Shown: positions 8,334-24,520, counted from the first letter of the stretch. The stretch is DNA of 64,000 nt from Auanema rhodensis (GCA_964057225.1 OZ059900.1:14756001-14820000), one strand, 5' to 3'. The notes: generated from the letters alone by a model not told the origin. Made by a program: numbers and translations.

Positions 8334-11300
8334 TTGAATTTGCACTTAGAAACTTTCATTAAGAGTGTGAGTTTGAATTAAAGTAGAAAAATGAAACACT
8401 TTCTCTAACATATCTTGATTTATGGCCTACTTTACTCAAAGAGCTCATTGAAGTTTGGTGTTAAAATGAACAATTGATTAACGCTGACGTTCCGTTTTTT
8501 TTTCATCGTAATTGAGATAGAACATTTAAATTAAATGGAAATGTTTAAAAATTTAGAAAAAAAACACAAGCTCAAATCACTTTTGAAAAAACAGAAAGTT
8601 TAAAACAACCTTTTTTCTAATAATTATCTTTTTTATCCGACTTTTGGAAAAAAACAAAAATAGCATAACATTCAATAACGATAAATCAGAACAAAAACAT
8701 TCTCCTTGGCCGGGAATTGAACCCGGGTCTCGCATGTGACAGACGCGGATACTCACCACTATACTACCGAGGATTGAATTTGCACATAAAAACTTTCATT
8801 AAGAGTGTGAGTTTGAATTAAAGTAGAAAAATGAAACACTGTCTCTAACATATCTTGATTTATGGCCTACTTTACTCAAAGAGCTAATTGAAGTTTGGTG
8901 TTACAATTAACGATTGATAAACGCTGACGTATCAATTTTTTTCATCGTAATTAAGATAGAACACTTAAATTTAATAGAAATGTTTGAAAATTTAAAAAAA
9001 AATCACAAGCTCAAACCACTTTTGAAAAAGCAGAAAGTTTAAAACAATCTTTTTTCTAATAATTATCGTCTTTATCCGACTTTTTGAAGAAAACAAAAAT
9101 AGCATAACATTCAATAACGATGAATCAGAACAAAAACATTCTCCTTGGCCGGGAATTGAACCCGGGTCTCGCATGTGACAGACGCGGATACTCACCACTA
9201 TACTACCGAGGATTGAATTTGCACTTAGAAACTTCCATTAAGAGTGTGAGTTTGAATTAAAGTAGAAAAATGAAACACTGTCTCTAACATATCTTGATTT
9301 ATGGCCTACTTTACTCAAAGAGCTAATTGAAGTTTGGTGTTAAAATGAACAATTGATTAACGCTGACGTTCCGTTTTTTTTTCATCGTAATTGAGATAGA
9401 ACATTTAAATTAAATGGAAATGTTTAAAAATTTAGAAAAAAAACACAAGCTCAAATCACTTTTGAAAAAACAGAAAGTTTAAAACAACCTTTTTTCTAAT
9501 AATTATCTTTTTTATCCGACTTTTGGAAAAAAACAAAAATAGCATAACATTCAATAACGATAAATCAGAACAAAAACATTCTCCCCGGCCGGGAATTGAA
9601 CCCGGGTCTCGCATGTGACAGACGCGGATACTCACCACTATACTACCGAGGATTGAATTTGCACTTAGAAACTTTCATTGAGAGTGTGAGTTTGAATTAA
9701 AGTAGAAAAATGAAACACTGTCTCTAACATATCTTGATTTATGGCCTACTTTACTCAAAGAGCTAATTGAAGTTTGGTGTTACAATTAACGATTGATAAA
9801 CGCTGACGTATCAATTTTTTTCATCGTAATTAAGATAGAACACTTAAATTTAATAGAAATGTTTGAAAATTTAAAAACAAATCACAAGCTCAAACCACTT
9901 TTGAAAAAGCAGAAAGTTTAAAACAATCTTTTTTCTAATAATTATCTTTTTTATCCGACTTTCGGAAGAAAACAAAAATAGCTTAACATTCAATAACGAT
10001 GAATCAGAACAAAAACATTCTCCTTGGCCGGGAATTGAACCCGGGTCTCGCATGTGACAGACGCGGATACTCACCACTATACTACCGAGGATTGAATTTG
10101 CACTTAGAAACTTTCATTAAGAGTGTGAGTTTGAATTAAAGTAGAAAAATGAAACACTTTCTCTAACATATCTTGATTTATGGCCTACTTTACTCAAAGA
10201 GCTCATTGAAGTTTGGTGTTAAAATGAACAATTGATTAACGCTGACGTTCCGTTTTTTTTTCATCGTAATTGAGATAGAACATTTAAATTAAATGGAAAT
10301 GTTTAAAAATTTAGAAAAAAAACACAAGCTCAAATCACTTTTGAAAAAACAGAAAGTTTAAAACAACCTTTTTTCTAATAATTATCTTTTTTATCCGACT
10401 TTTGGAAAAAAACAAAAATAGCATAACATTCAATAACGATAAATCAGAACAAAAACATTCTCCTTGGCCGGGAATTGAACCCGGGTCTCGCATGTGACAG
10501 ACGCGGATACTCACCACTATACTACCGAGGATTGAATTTGCACATAAAAACTTTCATTAAGAGTGTGAGTTTGAATTAAAGTAGAAAAATGAAACACTGT
10601 CTCTAACATATCTTGATTTATGGCCTACTTTACTCAAAGAGCTAATTGAAGTTTGGTGTTACAATTAACGATTGATAAACGCTGACGTATCAATTTTTTT
10701 CATCGTAATTAAGATAGAACACTTAAATTTAATAGAAATGTTTGAAAATTTAAAAAAAAATCACAAGCTCAAACCACTTTTGAAAAAGCAGAAAGTTTAA
10801 AACAATCTTTTTTCTAATAATTATCGTCTTTATCCGACTTTTTGAAGAAAACAAAAATAGCATAACATTCAATAACGATGAATCAGAACAAAAACATTCT
10901 CCTTGGCCGGGAATTGAACCCGGGTCTCGCATGTGACAGACGCGGATACTCACCACTATACTACCGAGGATTGAATTTGCACTTAGAAACTTCCATTAAG
11001 AGTGTGAGTTTGAATTAAAGTAGAAAAATGAAACACTGTCTCTAACATATCTTGATTTATGGCCTACTTTACTCAAAGAGCTAATTGAAGTTTGGTGTTA
11101 CAATTAACGATTGATAAACGCTGACGTATCAATTTTTTTCATCGTAATTAAGATAGAACACTTAAATTTAATAGAAATGTTTGAAAATTTAAAAAAAAAT
11201 CACAAGCTCAAACCACTTTTGAAAAAGCAGAAAGTTTAAAACAATCTTTTTTCTAATAATTATCTTTTTTATCCGACTTTCGGAAGAAAACAAAAATAGC

Positions 11301-14300
11301 TTAACATTCAATAACGATGAATCAGAACAAAAACATTCTCCTTGGCCGGGAATTGAACCCGGGTATCGCATGTGACAGACGCGGATACTCACCACTATAC
11401 TACCGAGGATTGAATTTGCACTTAGAAACTTTCATTAAGAGTGTGAGTTTGAATTAAAGTAGAAAAATGAAACACTTTCTCTAACATATCTTGATTTATG
11501 GCCTACTTTACTCAAAGAGCTCATTGAAGTTTGGTGTTAAAATGAACAATTGATTAACGCTGACGTTCCGTTTTTTTTTCATCGTAATTGAGATAGAACA
11601 TTTAAATTGAATGGAAATGTTTAAAAATTTAGAAAAAAAACACAAGCTCAAATCACTTTTGAAAAAACAGAAAGTTTAAAACAACCTTTTTTCTAATAAT
11701 TATCTTTTTTATCCGACTTTTGGAAAAAAACAAAAATAGCATAACATTCAATAACGATAAATCAGAACAAAAACATTCTCCCCGTCCGGGAATTGAACCC
11801 GGGTCTCGCATGTGACAGACGCGGATACTCACCACTATACTACCGAGGATTGAATTTGCACTTAGAAACTTCCATTAAGAGTGTGAGTTTGAATTAAAGT
11901 AGAAAAATGAAACACTGTCTCTAACATATCTTGATTTATGGCCTACTTTACTCAAAGAGCTAATTGAAGTTTGGTGTTACAATTAACGATTGATTAACGC
12001 TGACGTTCCGTTTTTTTTTCATCGTAATTGAGATAGAACATTTAAATTAAATGGAAATGTTTAAAAATTTAGAAAAAAAACACAAGCTCAAACCACTTTT
12101 GAAAAAGCAGAAAGTTTAAAACAATCTTTTTTCTAATAATGATCGTCTTTATCCGATTTTTGGAAAAAAACAAAAATAGCATAACATTCAATAACGATGA
12201 ATCAGAACAAAAACATTCTCCCCGGCCGGGAATTGAACCCGGGTCTCGCATGTGACAGACGCGGATACTCACCACTATACTACCGAGGATTGAATTTGCA
12301 CTTAGAAACTTTCATTAAGAGTGTGAGTTTGAATTAAAGTAGAAAAATCAAACACTTTCTCTAACATATCTTGATTTATGGCCTACTTTACTCAAAGAGC
12401 TAATTGAAGTTTGGTGTTAAAATGAACAATTGATTAACGCTGACGTTCCGTTTTTTTTTCATCGTAATTGAGATAGAACATTTAAATTAAATGGAAATGT
12501 TTAAAAATTTAGAAAAAAAACACAAGCTCAAATCACTTTTGAAAAAACAGAAAGTTTAAAACAACCTTTTTTCTAATAATTATCTTTTTTATCCGACTTT
12601 TGGAAAAAAACAAAAATAGCATAACATTCAATAACGATGAATGAGAACAAAAACATTCTCCCCGGCCGGGAATTGAACCCGGGTCTCGCATGTGACAGAC
12701 GCGGATACTCACCACTATACTACCGAGGATTGAATTTGCACTTAAAAACTTTCATTAAGAGTGTGAGTTTGAATTAAAGTAGAAAAATGAAACACTGTCT
12801 CTAACATATCTTGATTTATGGCCTACTTTACTCAAAGAGCTAATTGAAGTTTGGTGTTACAATTAACGATTGATAAACGCTGACGTATCAATTTTTTTCA
12901 TCGTAATTAAGATAGAACACTTAAATTTAATAGAAATGTTTGAAAATTTAAAAAAAAATCACAAGCTCAAACCACTTTTGAAAAAGCAGAAAGTTTAAAA
13001 CAATCTTTTTTCTAATAATTATCGTCTTTATCCGACTTTTTGAAGAAAACAAAAATAGCATAACATTCAATAACGATGAATCAGAACAAAAACATTCTCC
13101 TTGGCCGGGAATTGAACCCGGGTCTCGCATGTGACAGACGCGGATACTCACCACTATACTACCGAGGATTGAATTTGCACTTAGAAACTTTCATTAAGAG
13201 TGTGAGTTTGAATTAAAGTAGAAAAATGAAACACTTTCTCTAACATATCTTGATTTATGGCCTACTTTACTCAAAGAGCTAATTGAAGTTTGGTGTTACA
13301 ATTAACGATTGATAAACGCTGACGTATCAATTTTTTTCATCGTAATTGAGATAGAACATTTAAATTAAATGGAAATGTTTAAAAATTTTGAAAAAAAACA
13401 CAAGCTCAAATCACTTTTGAAAAAACAGAAAGTTTAAAACAACCTTTTTTCTAATAATTATCTTTTTTATCCGACTTTTGGAAAAAAACAAAAATAGCAT
13501 AACATTCAATAACGATAAATCAGAACAAAAACATTCTCCCCGTCCGGGAATTGAACCCGGGTCTCGCATGTGACAGACGCGGATACTCACCACTATACTA
13601 CCGAGGATTGAATTTGCACTTAGAAACTTCCATTAAGAGTGTGAGTTTGAATTAAAGTAGAAAAATGAAACACTGTCTCTAACATATCTTGATTTATGGC
13701 CTACTTTACTCAAAGAGCTAATTGAAGTTTGGTGTTACAATTAACGATTGATAAACGCTGACGTATCAATTTTTTTCATCGTAATTAAGATAGAACACTT
13801 AAATTTAATAGAAATGTTTGAAAATTTAAAAACAAATCACAAGCTCAAACCACTTTTGAAAAAGCAGAAAGTTTAAAACAATCTTTTTTCTAATAATTAT
13901 CTTTTTTATCCGACTTTCGGAAGAAAACAAAAATAGCTTAACATTCAATAACGATGAATCAGAACAAAAACATTCTCCTTGGCCGGGAATTGAACCCGGG
14001 TCTCGCATGTGACAGACGCGGATACTCACCACTATACTACCGAGGATTGAATTTGCACTTAGAAACTTTCATTAAGAGTGTGAGTTTGAATTAAAGTAGA
14101 AAAATGAAACACTTTCTCTAACATATCTTGATTTATGGCCTACTTTACTCAAAGAGCTAATTGAAGTTTGGTGTTACAATTAACGATTGATAAACGCTGA
14201 CGTATCAATTTTTTTCATCGTAATTAAGATAGAACACTTAAATTTAATAGAAATGTTTGAAAATTTAAAAAAAAATCACAAGCTCAAACCACTTTTGAAA

Positions 14301-17300
14301 AAGCAGAAAGTTTAAAACAATCTTTTTTCTAATAATTATCGTCTTTATCCGACTTTTTGAAGAAAACAAAAATAGCATAACATTCAATAACGATGAATCA
14401 GAACAAAAACATTCTCCTTGGCCGGGAATTGAACCCGGGTCTCGCATGTGACAGACGCGGATACTCACCACTATACTACCGAGGATTGAATTTGCACTTA
14501 GAAACTTTCATTAAGAGTGTGAGTTTGAATTAAAGTAGAAAAATGAAACACTTTCTCTAACATATCTTGATTTATGGCCTACTTTACTCAAAGAGCTAAT
14601 TGAAGTTTGGTGTTACAATTAACGATTGATAAACGCTGACGTATCAATTTTTTTCATCGTAATTGAGATAGAACATTTAAATTAAATGGAAATGTTTAAA
14701 AATTTTGAAAAAAAACACAAGCTCAAATCACTTTTGAAAAAACAGAAAGTTTAAAACAACCTTTTTTCTAATAATTATCTTTTTTATCCGACTTTTGGAA
14801 AAAAACAAAAATAGCATAACATTCAATAACGATAAATCAGAACAAAAACATTCTCCCCGTCCGGGAATTGAACCCGGGTCTCGCATGTGACAGACGCGGA
14901 TACTCACCACTATACTACCGAGGATTGAATTTGCACTTAGAAACTTCCATTAAGAGTGTGAGTTTGAATTAAAGTAGAAAAATGAAACACTGTCTCTAAC
15001 ATATCTTGATTTATGGCCTACTTTACTCAAAGAGCTAATTGAAGTTTGGTGTTACAATTAACGATTGATAAACGCTGACGTATCAATTTTTTTCATCGTA
15101 ATTAAGATAGAACACTTAAATTTAATAGAAATGTTTGAAAATTTAAAAACAAATCACAAGCTCAAACCACTTTTGAAAAAGCAGAAAGTTTAAAACAATC
15201 TTTTTTCTAATAATTATCTTTTTTATCCGACTTTCGGAAGAAAACAAAAATAGCTTAACATTCAATAACGATGAATCAGAACAAAAACATTCTCCTTGGC
15301 CGGGAATTGAACCCGGGTCTCGCATGTGACAGACGCGGATACTCACCACTATACTACCGAGGATTGAATTTGCACTTAGAAACTTTCATTAAGAGTGTGA
15401 GTTTGAATTAAAGTAGAAAAATGAAACACTTTCTCTAACATATCTTGATTTATGGCCTACTTTACTCAAAGAGCTCATTGAAGTTTGGTGTTAAAATGAA
15501 CAATTGATTAACGCTGACGTTCCGTTTTTTTTTCATCGTAATTGAGATAGAACATTTAAATTAAATGGAAATGTTTAAAAATTTAGAAAAAAAACACAAG
15601 CTCAAATCACTTTTGAAAAAACAGAAAGTTTAAAACAACCTTTTTTCTAATAATTATCTTTTTTATCCGACTTTTGGAAAAAAACAAAAATAGCATAACA
15701 TTCAATAACGATAAATCAGAACAAAAACATTCTCCTTGGCCGGGAATTGAACCCGGGTCTCGCATGTGACAGACGCGGATACTCACCACTATACTACCGA
15801 GGATTGAATTTGCACATAAAAACTTTCATTAAGAGTGTGAGTTTGAATTAAAGTAGAAAAATGAAACACTGTCTCTAACATATCTTGATTTATGGCCTAC
15901 TTTACTCAAAGAGCTAATTGAAGTTTGGTGTTACAATTAACGATTGATAAACGCTGACGTATCAATTTTTTTCATCGTAATTAAGATAGAACACTTAAAT
16001 TTAATAGAAATGTTTGAAAATTTAAAAAAAAATCACAAGCTCAAACCACTTTTGAAAAAGCAGAAAGTTTAAAACAATCTTTTTTCTAATAATTATCGTC
16101 TTTATCCGACTTTTTGAAGAAAACAAAAATAGCATAACATTCAATAACGATGAATCAGAACAAAAACATTCTCCTTGGCCGGGAATTGAACCCGGGTCTC
16201 GCATGTGACAGACGCGGATACTCACCACTATACTACCGAGGATTGAATTTGCACTTAGAAACTTCCATTAAGAGTGTGAGTTTGAATTAAAGTAGAAAAA
16301 TGAAACACTGTCTCTAACATATCTTGATTTATGGCCTACTTTACTCAAAGAGCTAATTGAAGTTTGGTGTTAAAATGAACAATTGATTAACGCTGACGTT
16401 CCGTTTTTTTTTCATCGTAATTGAGATAGAACATTTAAATTAAATGGAAATGTTTAAAAATTTAGAAAAAAAACACAAGCTCAAATCACTTTTGAAAAAA
16501 CAGAAAGTTTAAAACAACCTTTTTTCTAATAATTATCTTTTTTATCCGACTTTTGGAAAAAAACAAAAATAGCATAACATTCAATAACGATAAATCAGAA
16601 CAAAAACATTCTCCCCGGCCGGGAATTGAACCCGGGTCTCGCATGTGACAGACGCGGATACTCACCACTATACTACCGAGGATTGAATTTGCACTTAGAA
16701 ACTTTCATTGAGAGTGTGAGTTTGAATTAAAGTAGAAAAATGAAACACTGTCTCTAACATATCTTGATTTATGGCCTACTTTACTCAAAGAGCTAATTGA
16801 AGTTTGGTGTTACAATTAACGATTGATAAACGCTGACGTATCAATTTTTTTCATCGTAATTAAGATAGAACACTTAAATTTAATAGAAATGTTTGAAAAT
16901 TTAAAAACAAATCACAAGCTCAAACCACTTTTGAAAAAGCAGAAAGTTTAAAACAATCTTTTTTCTAATAATTATCTTTTTTATCCGACTTTCGGAAGAA
17001 AACAAAAATAGCTTAACATTCAATAACGATGAATCAGAACAAAAACATTCTCCTTGGCCGGGAATTGAACCCGGGTCTCGCATGTGACAGACGCGGATAC
17101 TCACCACTATACTACCGAGGATTGAATTTGCACTTAGAAACTTTCATTAAGAGTGTGAGTTTGAATTAAAGTAGAAAAATGAAACACTTTCTCTAACATA
17201 TCTTGATTTATGGCCTACTTTACTCAAAGAGCTCATTGAAGTTTGGTGTTAAAATGAACAATTGATTAACGCTGACGTTCCGTTTTTTTTTCATCGTAAT

Positions 17301-20300
17301 TGAGATAGAACATTTAAATTAAATGGAAATGTTTAAAAATTTAGAAAAAAAACACAAGCTCAAATCACTTTTGAAAAAACAGAAAGTTTAAAACAACCTT
17401 TTTTCTAATAATTATCTTTTTTATCCGACTTTTGGAAAAAAACAAAAATAGCATAACATTCAATAACGATAAATCAGAACAAAAACATTCTCCTTGGCCG
17501 GGAATTGAACCCGGGTCTCGCATGTGACAGACGCGGATACTCACCACTATACTACCGAGGATTGAATTTGCACATAAAAACTTTCATTAAGAGTGTGAGT
17601 TTGAATTAAAGTAGAAAAATGAAACACTGTCTCTAACATATCTTGATTTATGGCCTACTTTACTCAAAGAGCTAATTGAAGTTTGGTGTTACAATTAACG
17701 ATTGATAAACGCTGACGTATCAATTTTTTTCATCGTAATTAAGATAGAACACTTAAATTTAATAGAAATGTTTGAAAATTTAAAAAAAAATCACAAGCTC
17801 AAACCACTTTTGAAAAAGCAGAAAGTTTAAAACAATCTTTTTTCTAATAATTATCGTCTTTATCCGACTTTTTGAAGAAAACAAAAATAGCATAACATTC
17901 AATAACGATGAATCAGAACAAAAACATTCTCCTTGGCCGGGAATTGAACCCGGGTCTCGCATGTGACAGACGCGGATACTCACCACTATACTACCGAGGA
18001 TTGAATTTGCACTTAGAAACTTCCATTAAGAGTGTGAGTTTGAATTAAAGTAGAAAAATGAAACACTGTCTCTAACATATCTTGATTTATGGCCTACTTT
18101 ACTCAAAGAGCTAATTGAAGTTTGGTGTTACAATTAACGATTGATAAACGCTGACGTATCAATTTTTTTCATCGTAATTAAGATAGAACACTTAAATTTA
18201 ATAGAAATGTTTGAAAATTTAAAAAAAAATCACAAGCTCAAACCACTTTTGAAAAAGCAGAAAGTTTAAAACAATCTTTTTTCTAATAATTATCTTTTTT
18301 ATCCGACTTTCGGAAGAAAACAAAAATAGCTTAACATTCAATAACGATGAATCAGAACAAAAACATTCTCCTTGGCCGGGAATTGAACCCGGGTATCGCA
18401 TGTGACAGACGCGGATACTCACCACTATACTACCGAGGATTGAATTTGCACTTAGAAACTTTCATTAAGAGTGTGAGTTTGAATTAAAGTAGAAAAATGA
18501 AACACTTTCTCTAACATATCTTGATTTATGGCCTACTTTACTCAAAGAGCTCATTGAAGTTTGGTGTTAAAATGAACAATTGATTAACGCTGACGTTCCG
18601 TTTTTTTTTCATCGTAATTGAGATAGAACATTTAAATTGAATGGAAATGTTTAAAAATTTAGAAAAAAAACACAAGCTCAAATCACTTTTGAAAAAACAG
18701 AAAGTTTAAAACAACCTTTTTTCTAATAATTATCTTTTTTATCCGACTTTTGGAAAAAAACAAAAATAGCATAACATTCAATAACGATAAATCAGAACAA
18801 AAACATTCTCCCCGTCCGGGAATTGAACCCGGGTCTCGCATGTGACAGACGCGGATACTCACCACTATACTACCGAGGATTGAATTTGCACTTAGAAACT
18901 TCCATTAAGAGTGTGAGTTTGAATTAAAGTAGAAAAATGAAACACTGTCTCTAACATATCTTGATTTATGGCCTACTTTACTCAAAGAGCTAATTGAAGT
19001 TTGGTGTTACAATTAACGATTGATTAACGCTGACGTTCCGTTTTTTTTTCATCGTAATTGAGATAGAACATTTAAATTAAATGGAAATGTTTAAAAATTT
19101 AGAAAAAAAACACAAGCTCAAACCACTTTTGAAAAAGCAGAAAGTTTAAAACAATCTTTTTTCTAATAATGATCGTCTTTATCCGATTTTTGGAAAAAAA
19201 CAAAAATAGCATAACATTCAATAACGATGAATCAGAACAAAAACATTCTCCCCGGCCGGGAATTGAACCCGGGTCTCGCATGTGACAGACGCGGATACTC
19301 ACCACTATACTACCGAGGATTGAATTTGCACTTAGAAACTTTCATTAAGAGTGTGAGTTTGAATTAAAGTAGAAAAATCAAACACTTTCTCTAACATATC
19401 TTGATTTATGGCCTACTTTACTCAAAGAGCTAATTGAAGTTTGGTGTTAAAATGAACAATTGATTAACGCTGACGTTCCGTTTTTTTTTCATCGTAATTG
19501 AGATAGAACATTTAAATTAAATGGAAATGTTTAAAAATTTAGAAAAAAAACACAAGCTCAAATCACTTTTGAAAAAACAGAAAGTTTAAAACAACCTTTT
19601 TTCTAATAATTATCTTTTTTATCCGACTTTTGGAAAAAAACAAAAATAGCATAACATTCAATAACGATGAATGAGAACAAAAACATTCTCCCCGGCCGGG
19701 AATTGAACCCGGGTCTCGCATGTGACAGACGCGGATACTCACCACTATACTACCGAGGATTGAATTTGCACTTAAAAACTTTCATTAAGAGTGTGAGTTT
19801 GAATTAAAGTAGAAAAATGAAACACTGTCTCTAACATATCTTGATTTATGGCCTACTTTACTCAAAGAGCTAATTGAAGTTTGGTGTTACAATTAACGAT
19901 TGATAAACGCTGACGTATCAATTTTTTTCATCGTAATTAAGATAGAACACTTAAATTTAATAGAAATGTTTGAAAATTTAAAAAAAAATCACAAGCTCAA
20001 ACCACTTTTGAAAAAGCAGAAAGTTTAAAACAATCTTTTTTCTAATAATTATCGTCTTTATCCGACTTTTTGAAGAAAACAAAAATAGCATAACATTCAA
20101 TAACGATGAATCAGAACAAAAACATTCTCCTTGGCCGGGAATTGAACCCGGGTCTCGCATGTGACAGACGCGGATACTCACCACTATACTACCGAGGATT
20201 GAATTTGCACTTAGAAACTTTCATTAAGAGTGTGAGTTTGAATTAAAGTAGAAAAATGAAACACTTTCTCTAACATATCTTGATTTATGGCCTACTTTAC

Positions 20301-23300
20301 TCAAAGAGCTCATTGAAGTTTGGTGTTAAAATGAACAATTGATTAACGCTGACGTTCCGTTTTTTTTTCATCGTAATTGAGATAGAACATTTAAATTAAA
20401 TGGAAATGTTTAAAAATTTAGAAAAAAAACACAAGCTCAAATCACTTTTGAAAAAACAGAAAGTTTAAAACAACCTTTTTTCTAATAATTATCTTTTTTA
20501 TCCGACTTTTGGAAAAAAACAAAAATAGCATAACATTCAATAACGATAAATCAGAACAAAAACATTCTCCCCGTCCGGGAATTGAACCCGGGTCTCGCAT
20601 GTGACAGACGCGGATACTCACCACTATACTACCGAGGATTGAATTTGCACTTAGAAACTTCCATTAAGAGTGTGAGTTTGAATTAAAGTAGAAAAATGAA
20701 ACACTGTCTCTAACATATCTTGATTTATGGCCTACTTTACTCAAAGAGCTAATTGAAGTTTGGTGTTACAATTAACGATTGATTAACGCTGACGTTCCGT
20801 TTTTTTTTCATCGTAATTGAGATAGAACATTTAAATTAAATGGAAATGTTTAAAAATTTAGAAAAAAAACACAAGCTCAAACCACTTTTGAAAAAGCAGA
20901 AAGTTTAAAACAATCTTTTTTCTAATAATGATCGTCTTTATCCGATTTTTGGAAAAAAACAAAAATAGCATAACATTCAATAACGATGAATCAGAACAAA
21001 AACATTCTCCCCGGCCGGGAATTGAACCCGGGTCTCGCATGTGACAGACGCGGATACTCACCACTATACTACCGAGGATTGAATTTGCACTTAGAAACTT
21101 TCATTAAGAGTGTGAGTTTGAATTAAAGTAGAAAAATCAAACACTTTCTCTAACATATCTTGATTTATGGCCTACTTTACTCAAAGAGCTAATTGAAGTT
21201 TGGTGTTAAAATGAACAATTGATTAACGCTGACGTTCCGTTTTTTTTTCATCGTAATTGAGATAGAACATTTAAATTAAATGGAAATGTTTAAAAATTTA
21301 GAAAAAAAACACAAGCTCAAATCACTTTTGAAAAAACAGAAAGTTTAAAACAACCTTTTTTCTAATAATTATCTTTTTTATCCGACTTTTGGAAAAAAAC
21401 AAAAATAGCATAACATTCAATAACGATGAATGAGAACAAAAACATTCTCCCCGGCCGGGAATTGAACCCGGGTCTCGCATGTGACAGACGCGGATACTCA
21501 CCACTATACTACCGAGGATTGAATTTGCACTTAAAAACTTTCATTAAGAGTGTGAGTTTGAATTAAAGTAGAAAAATGAAACACTGTCTCTAACATATCT
21601 TGATTTATGGCCTACTTTACTCAAAGAGCTAATTGAAGTTTGGTGTTACAATTAACGATTGATAAACGCTGACGTATCAATTTTTTTCATCGTAATTAAG
21701 ATAGAACACTTAAATTTAATAGAAATGTTTGAAAATTTAAAAAAAAATCACAAGCTCAAACCACTTTTGAAAAAGCAGAAAGTTTAAAACAATCTTTTTT
21801 CTAATAATTATCGTCTTTATCCGACTTTTTGAAGAAAACAAAAATAGCATAACATTCAATAACGATGAATCAGAACAAAAACATTCTCCTTGGCCGGGAA
21901 TTGAACCCGGGTCTCGCATGTGACAGACGCGGATACTCACCACTATACTACCGAGGATTGAATTTGCACTTAGAAACTTTCATTAAGAGTGTGAGTTTGA
22001 ATTAAAGTAGAAAAATGAAACACTTTCTCTAACATATCTTGATTTATGGCCTACTTTACTCAAAGAGCTCATTGAAGTTTGGTGTTAAAATGAACAATTG
22101 ATTAACGCTGACGTTCCGTTTTTTTTTCATCGTAATTGAGATAGAACATTTAGAATAAATGGAAATGTTTAACAATTTAGAAAAAAAACACAAGCTCAAA
22201 TCACTTTTGAAAAAACAGAAAGTTTAAAACAACCCTTTTTCTAATAATTATCTTTTTCATCCGACTTTTGGAAAAAAACAAAAATAGCATAACATTAAAT
22301 AACGATGAATCAGAACAAAAACATTCTCCCCGTCCGGGAATTGAACCCGGGTCTCGCATGTGACAGACGCGGATTCTCACCACTATACTACCAAGGATTG
22401 AATTTGCACTTAGAAACTTTCATTAAGAGTGTGAGTTTGAATTAAAGTAGAAAAATGAAACACTGTCTCTAACATATCTTGATTTATGGCCTACTTTACT
22501 CAAAGAGCTCATTGAAGTTTGGTGTTAAAATGAACAATTGATTAACGCTGACGTTCCGTTTTTTTTTCATCGTAATTGAGATAGAACATTTAGAATAAAT
22601 GGAAATGTTTAACAATTTAGAAAAAAAACACAAGCTCAAATCACTTTTGAAAAAACAGAAAGTTTAAAACAACCCTTTTTCTAATAATTATCTTTTTCAT
22701 CCGACTTTTGGAAAAAAACAAAAATAGCATAACATTAAATAACGATGAATCAGAACAAAAACATTCTCCCCGTCCGGGAATTGAACCCGGGTCTCGCATG
22801 TGACAGACGCGGATTCTCACCACTATACTACCAAGGATTGAATTTGCACTTAGAAACTTTCATTAAGAGTGTGAGTTTGAATTAAAGTAGAAAAATGAAA
22901 CACTGTCTCTAACATATCTTGATTTATGGCCTACTTTACTCAAAGAGCTCATTGAAGTTTGGTGTTAAAATGAACAATTGATTAACGCTGACGTTCCGTT
23001 TTTTTTTCATCGTAATTAAGATAGAACATTTAGAATAAATGGAAATGTTTAACAATTTAGAAAAAAAACACAAGCTCAAATCACTTTTGAAAAAACAGAA
23101 AGTTTAAAACAACCTTTTTTCTAATAATTATCTTTTTTATCCGACTTTTGGAAAAAAACAAAAATAGCATAACATTCAATAACGATGAATCAGAACAAAA
23201 ACATTCTCCCCGGCCGGGAATTGAACCCGGGTCTCGCATGTGACAGACGCGGATACTCACCACTATACTACCAAGGATTGAATTTGCACTTAGAAACTTT

Positions 23301-24520
23301 CATTAAGAGTGTGAGTTTGAATTAAAGTAGAAAAATGAAACACTGTCTCTAACATATCTTGATTTATGGCCTACTTTACTCAAAGAGCTAATTGAAGTTT
23401 GGTGTTACAATTAACGAATGATAAACGCTGACGTATCAATTTTTTTCATCGTAATTAAGATAGAACACTTAAATTAAATAGAAATGTTTGAAAATTTAAA
23501 AAAAAATCAAAACCTCAAACCACTTTTGAAAAAGCAGAAAGTTTAAAACAACCTTTTTTCTAATGATTATCTTTTTTATCCGACTTTCGGAAGAAAACAA
23601 AAATAGCATAACATTCAATAACGATGAATCAGAACAAAAACATTCTCCCCGGCCGGGAATTGAACCCGGGTCTCGCATGTGACAGACGCGGATACTCACC
23701 ACTATACTACCGAGGATTGAATTCGCACTTAGAAACTTTCATTAAGAGTGTGAGTTTGAAATATAGTAGAAAAATGAAACACTGTCTCTAACATATATTG
23801 ATTTTTGGCCTACTTTACTCAAAGAGCTAATTGAAGTTTGGTGTTACAATTAACGATTGATTAACGCTGATGTTTCAATTTTTTTCATCGTAATTGAGAT
23901 AGAACATTCAAATTAAATGGAAATGTTTAAAATTTAGTAAATATCACAAGCTCAAATTACTTTTGAAAAAACAGAAAGTTTAAAACAACCTTTTTTCTAA
24001 TGATTATCTTTTTTATCCGACTTTCGGAAGAAAACAAAAATAGCATAACATTCAATAACGATGAATCAGAACAAAAACATTCTCCCCGGCCGGGAATTGA
24101 ACCCGGGTCTCGCATGTGACAGACGCGGATACTCACCACTATACTACCGAGGATTGAATTTGCACTTAGAAACTTTCATTAAGAGTGTGAGTTTGAATTA
24201 TAGTAGAAAAATGAAACACTGTTTCTAACATATCTTGATTTATGGCCTACTTTACTCAAAGAGCTAATTGAAGTTTGGTGTTAGAATGAACAATTGATTA
24301 ACGCTGACGTTTCAATTTTTTTCATCGTAATTGAGATAGAACATTTAGAATAAATGGAAATGTTTAACAATTTAGAAAAAAAACACAAGCTCAAATCACT
24401 TTTGAAAAAACAGAAAGTTTAAAACAACCCTTTTTCTAATAATTATCTTTTTCATCCGACTTTTGGAAAAAAACAAAAATAGCATAACATTAAATAACGA
24501 TGAATCAGAACAAAAACATT

